DNA from: a bacterium
GTDB lineage: Bacteria > Muiribacteriota > UBA6191
DNA: 17,487 bases
NCBI GenBank assembly: GCA_036339875.1
Contig: JAYZAC010000090.1
Span: forward strand, 1 to 17,487
Reading direction: 5' to 3'
Below the pieces are notes generated by a model. The model saw nothing but the letters and a program-made list of their open reading frames with translations. It searched no databases and was not told the origin of the DNA. Shown piece after piece: positions 16,893 through 17,487 of this stretch. Made by a program: the position numbers and the translations under genes. How positions within the stretch are numbered: position 1 is the stretch's first letter; the number at the start of each line of letters is the position of its first letter.

Positions 16893-17107
16893 AGTTAAAT
16901 CTCAAAGAGAGATTGCTCAAGTATAAAGAAGTTTCGATCTGGGGCTTATGTTTTCTTGGATATACTCTTCTATTAGGACTTAAAGGACTAGGATTTAGAG
17001 CAAAAGTATTTTATCTGTGTTCTATGAATAACAAAAAGTTCTTATGTGATGATTATCCTAAATCGAAACAGATAGATAAAAATTTGAGTATTCGAAGACA
17101 CCTATGA
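16889..17107 (+). pseudogene. Truncated Rossmann-fold fragment, probably the N-terminus of a nucleotide-sugar dehydrogenase
   Basis: VSIWGLCFLGYT resembles the dinucleotide-binding GxGxxG motif with a G>C change. Only 72 aa long. GTGA overlap with the aminotransferase. Confidence 0.45.
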
Positions 17108-17364
17108 TGAGTAATAAAGTAATTTATGGTGCTGACCCTTATCTCTGCATGGGATCAGGTGATTTGTTGAGTTTAATCTACCTATCCAAAAGGATGGAGA
17201 GGTTAGGTATTGAGAATCATTTTATATGTTTGGATACTTCTTCTGCCAGATTACTTATCGAGGAAATGATTGAATTAAAGTTTTTTAATACTTTCGGTAT
17301 AGATTTTAATATAGAACAATTTGTAAAAGAATTTCACCACGAAGTTGTCTCCAAATGTTATTAA
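17104..17364 (+). pseudogene. Truncated SpsG/PseG-like (GT-B fold) N-terminal fragment
   Basis: KVIYGADPYLCMGSGDLLSLIYLSKRMERLGIENHFI resembles the K-I-x-F-R-A-D...I-G-x-G-H...L-A...G-x-E-x-x-F start of PseG/SpsG proteins. It is 86 aa against >300 aa typical. ATGA overlap upstream. Confidence 0.5.
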
Positions 17365-17487
17365 CTGGCAATTTCCTAAAGCTTTATAGTAATGAGTGTT
17401 TATGAGTCCTTTGAATTTAATTTTATTCTGTAATCAGCCGCATTTGAAGGGCGACCCCTTAAATTCATGGGTATTCGATGACATTGC

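Noticed and set aside
17443..17463. Small hairpin TTTGAAGGG-CGAC-CCCTTAAA near the window end
   Set aside because: Short, no clear U-tract, and the context is cut off by the window edge.
1..17487. CRISPR arrays, tRNA/rRNA genes, transposases, integrases, tandem repeats
   Set aside because: No regularly spaced repeats, cloverleaf or mobile-element ORFs were seen by eye; nearly all sequence is explained by the listed genes.

Overview
AT-rich bacterial chromosomal window with two divergent gene blocks. Minus strand: rplY (L25/CTC, with an in-frame TAA 30 codons before the apparent true end, followed by an intrinsic terminator), a WecA/TagO-type (MraY-like GT4) transferase with a long soluble C-terminal tail, and carA-carB (eukaryote/Bacteroidota-like carbamoyl-phosphate synthase; carB runs off the window start). 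Plus strand: a tightly packed run of an incomplete leucine-catabolism set (methylcrotonyl-CoA carboxylase beta, a split alpha subunit, HMG-CoA lyase), then a complete five-gene cassette for a lipid-linked pentofuranose donor (UbiA-type DPPR synthase, GtrA flippase, DprE1, DprE2, HAD phosphatase) coupled to APS kinase (cysC). After that come a 287-nt spacer with a long hairpin and a decaying sugar-biosynthesis locus, in which an intact DegT/DnrJ aminotransferase sits among degenerate radical SAM/SPASM, NDP-sugar dehydrogenase and SpsG/PseG-like fragments. The best candidate for an under-described system is the arabinofuranose-donor plus PAPS module. All calls come from reading motifs by eye; no searches were run and the host taxon is not determined.
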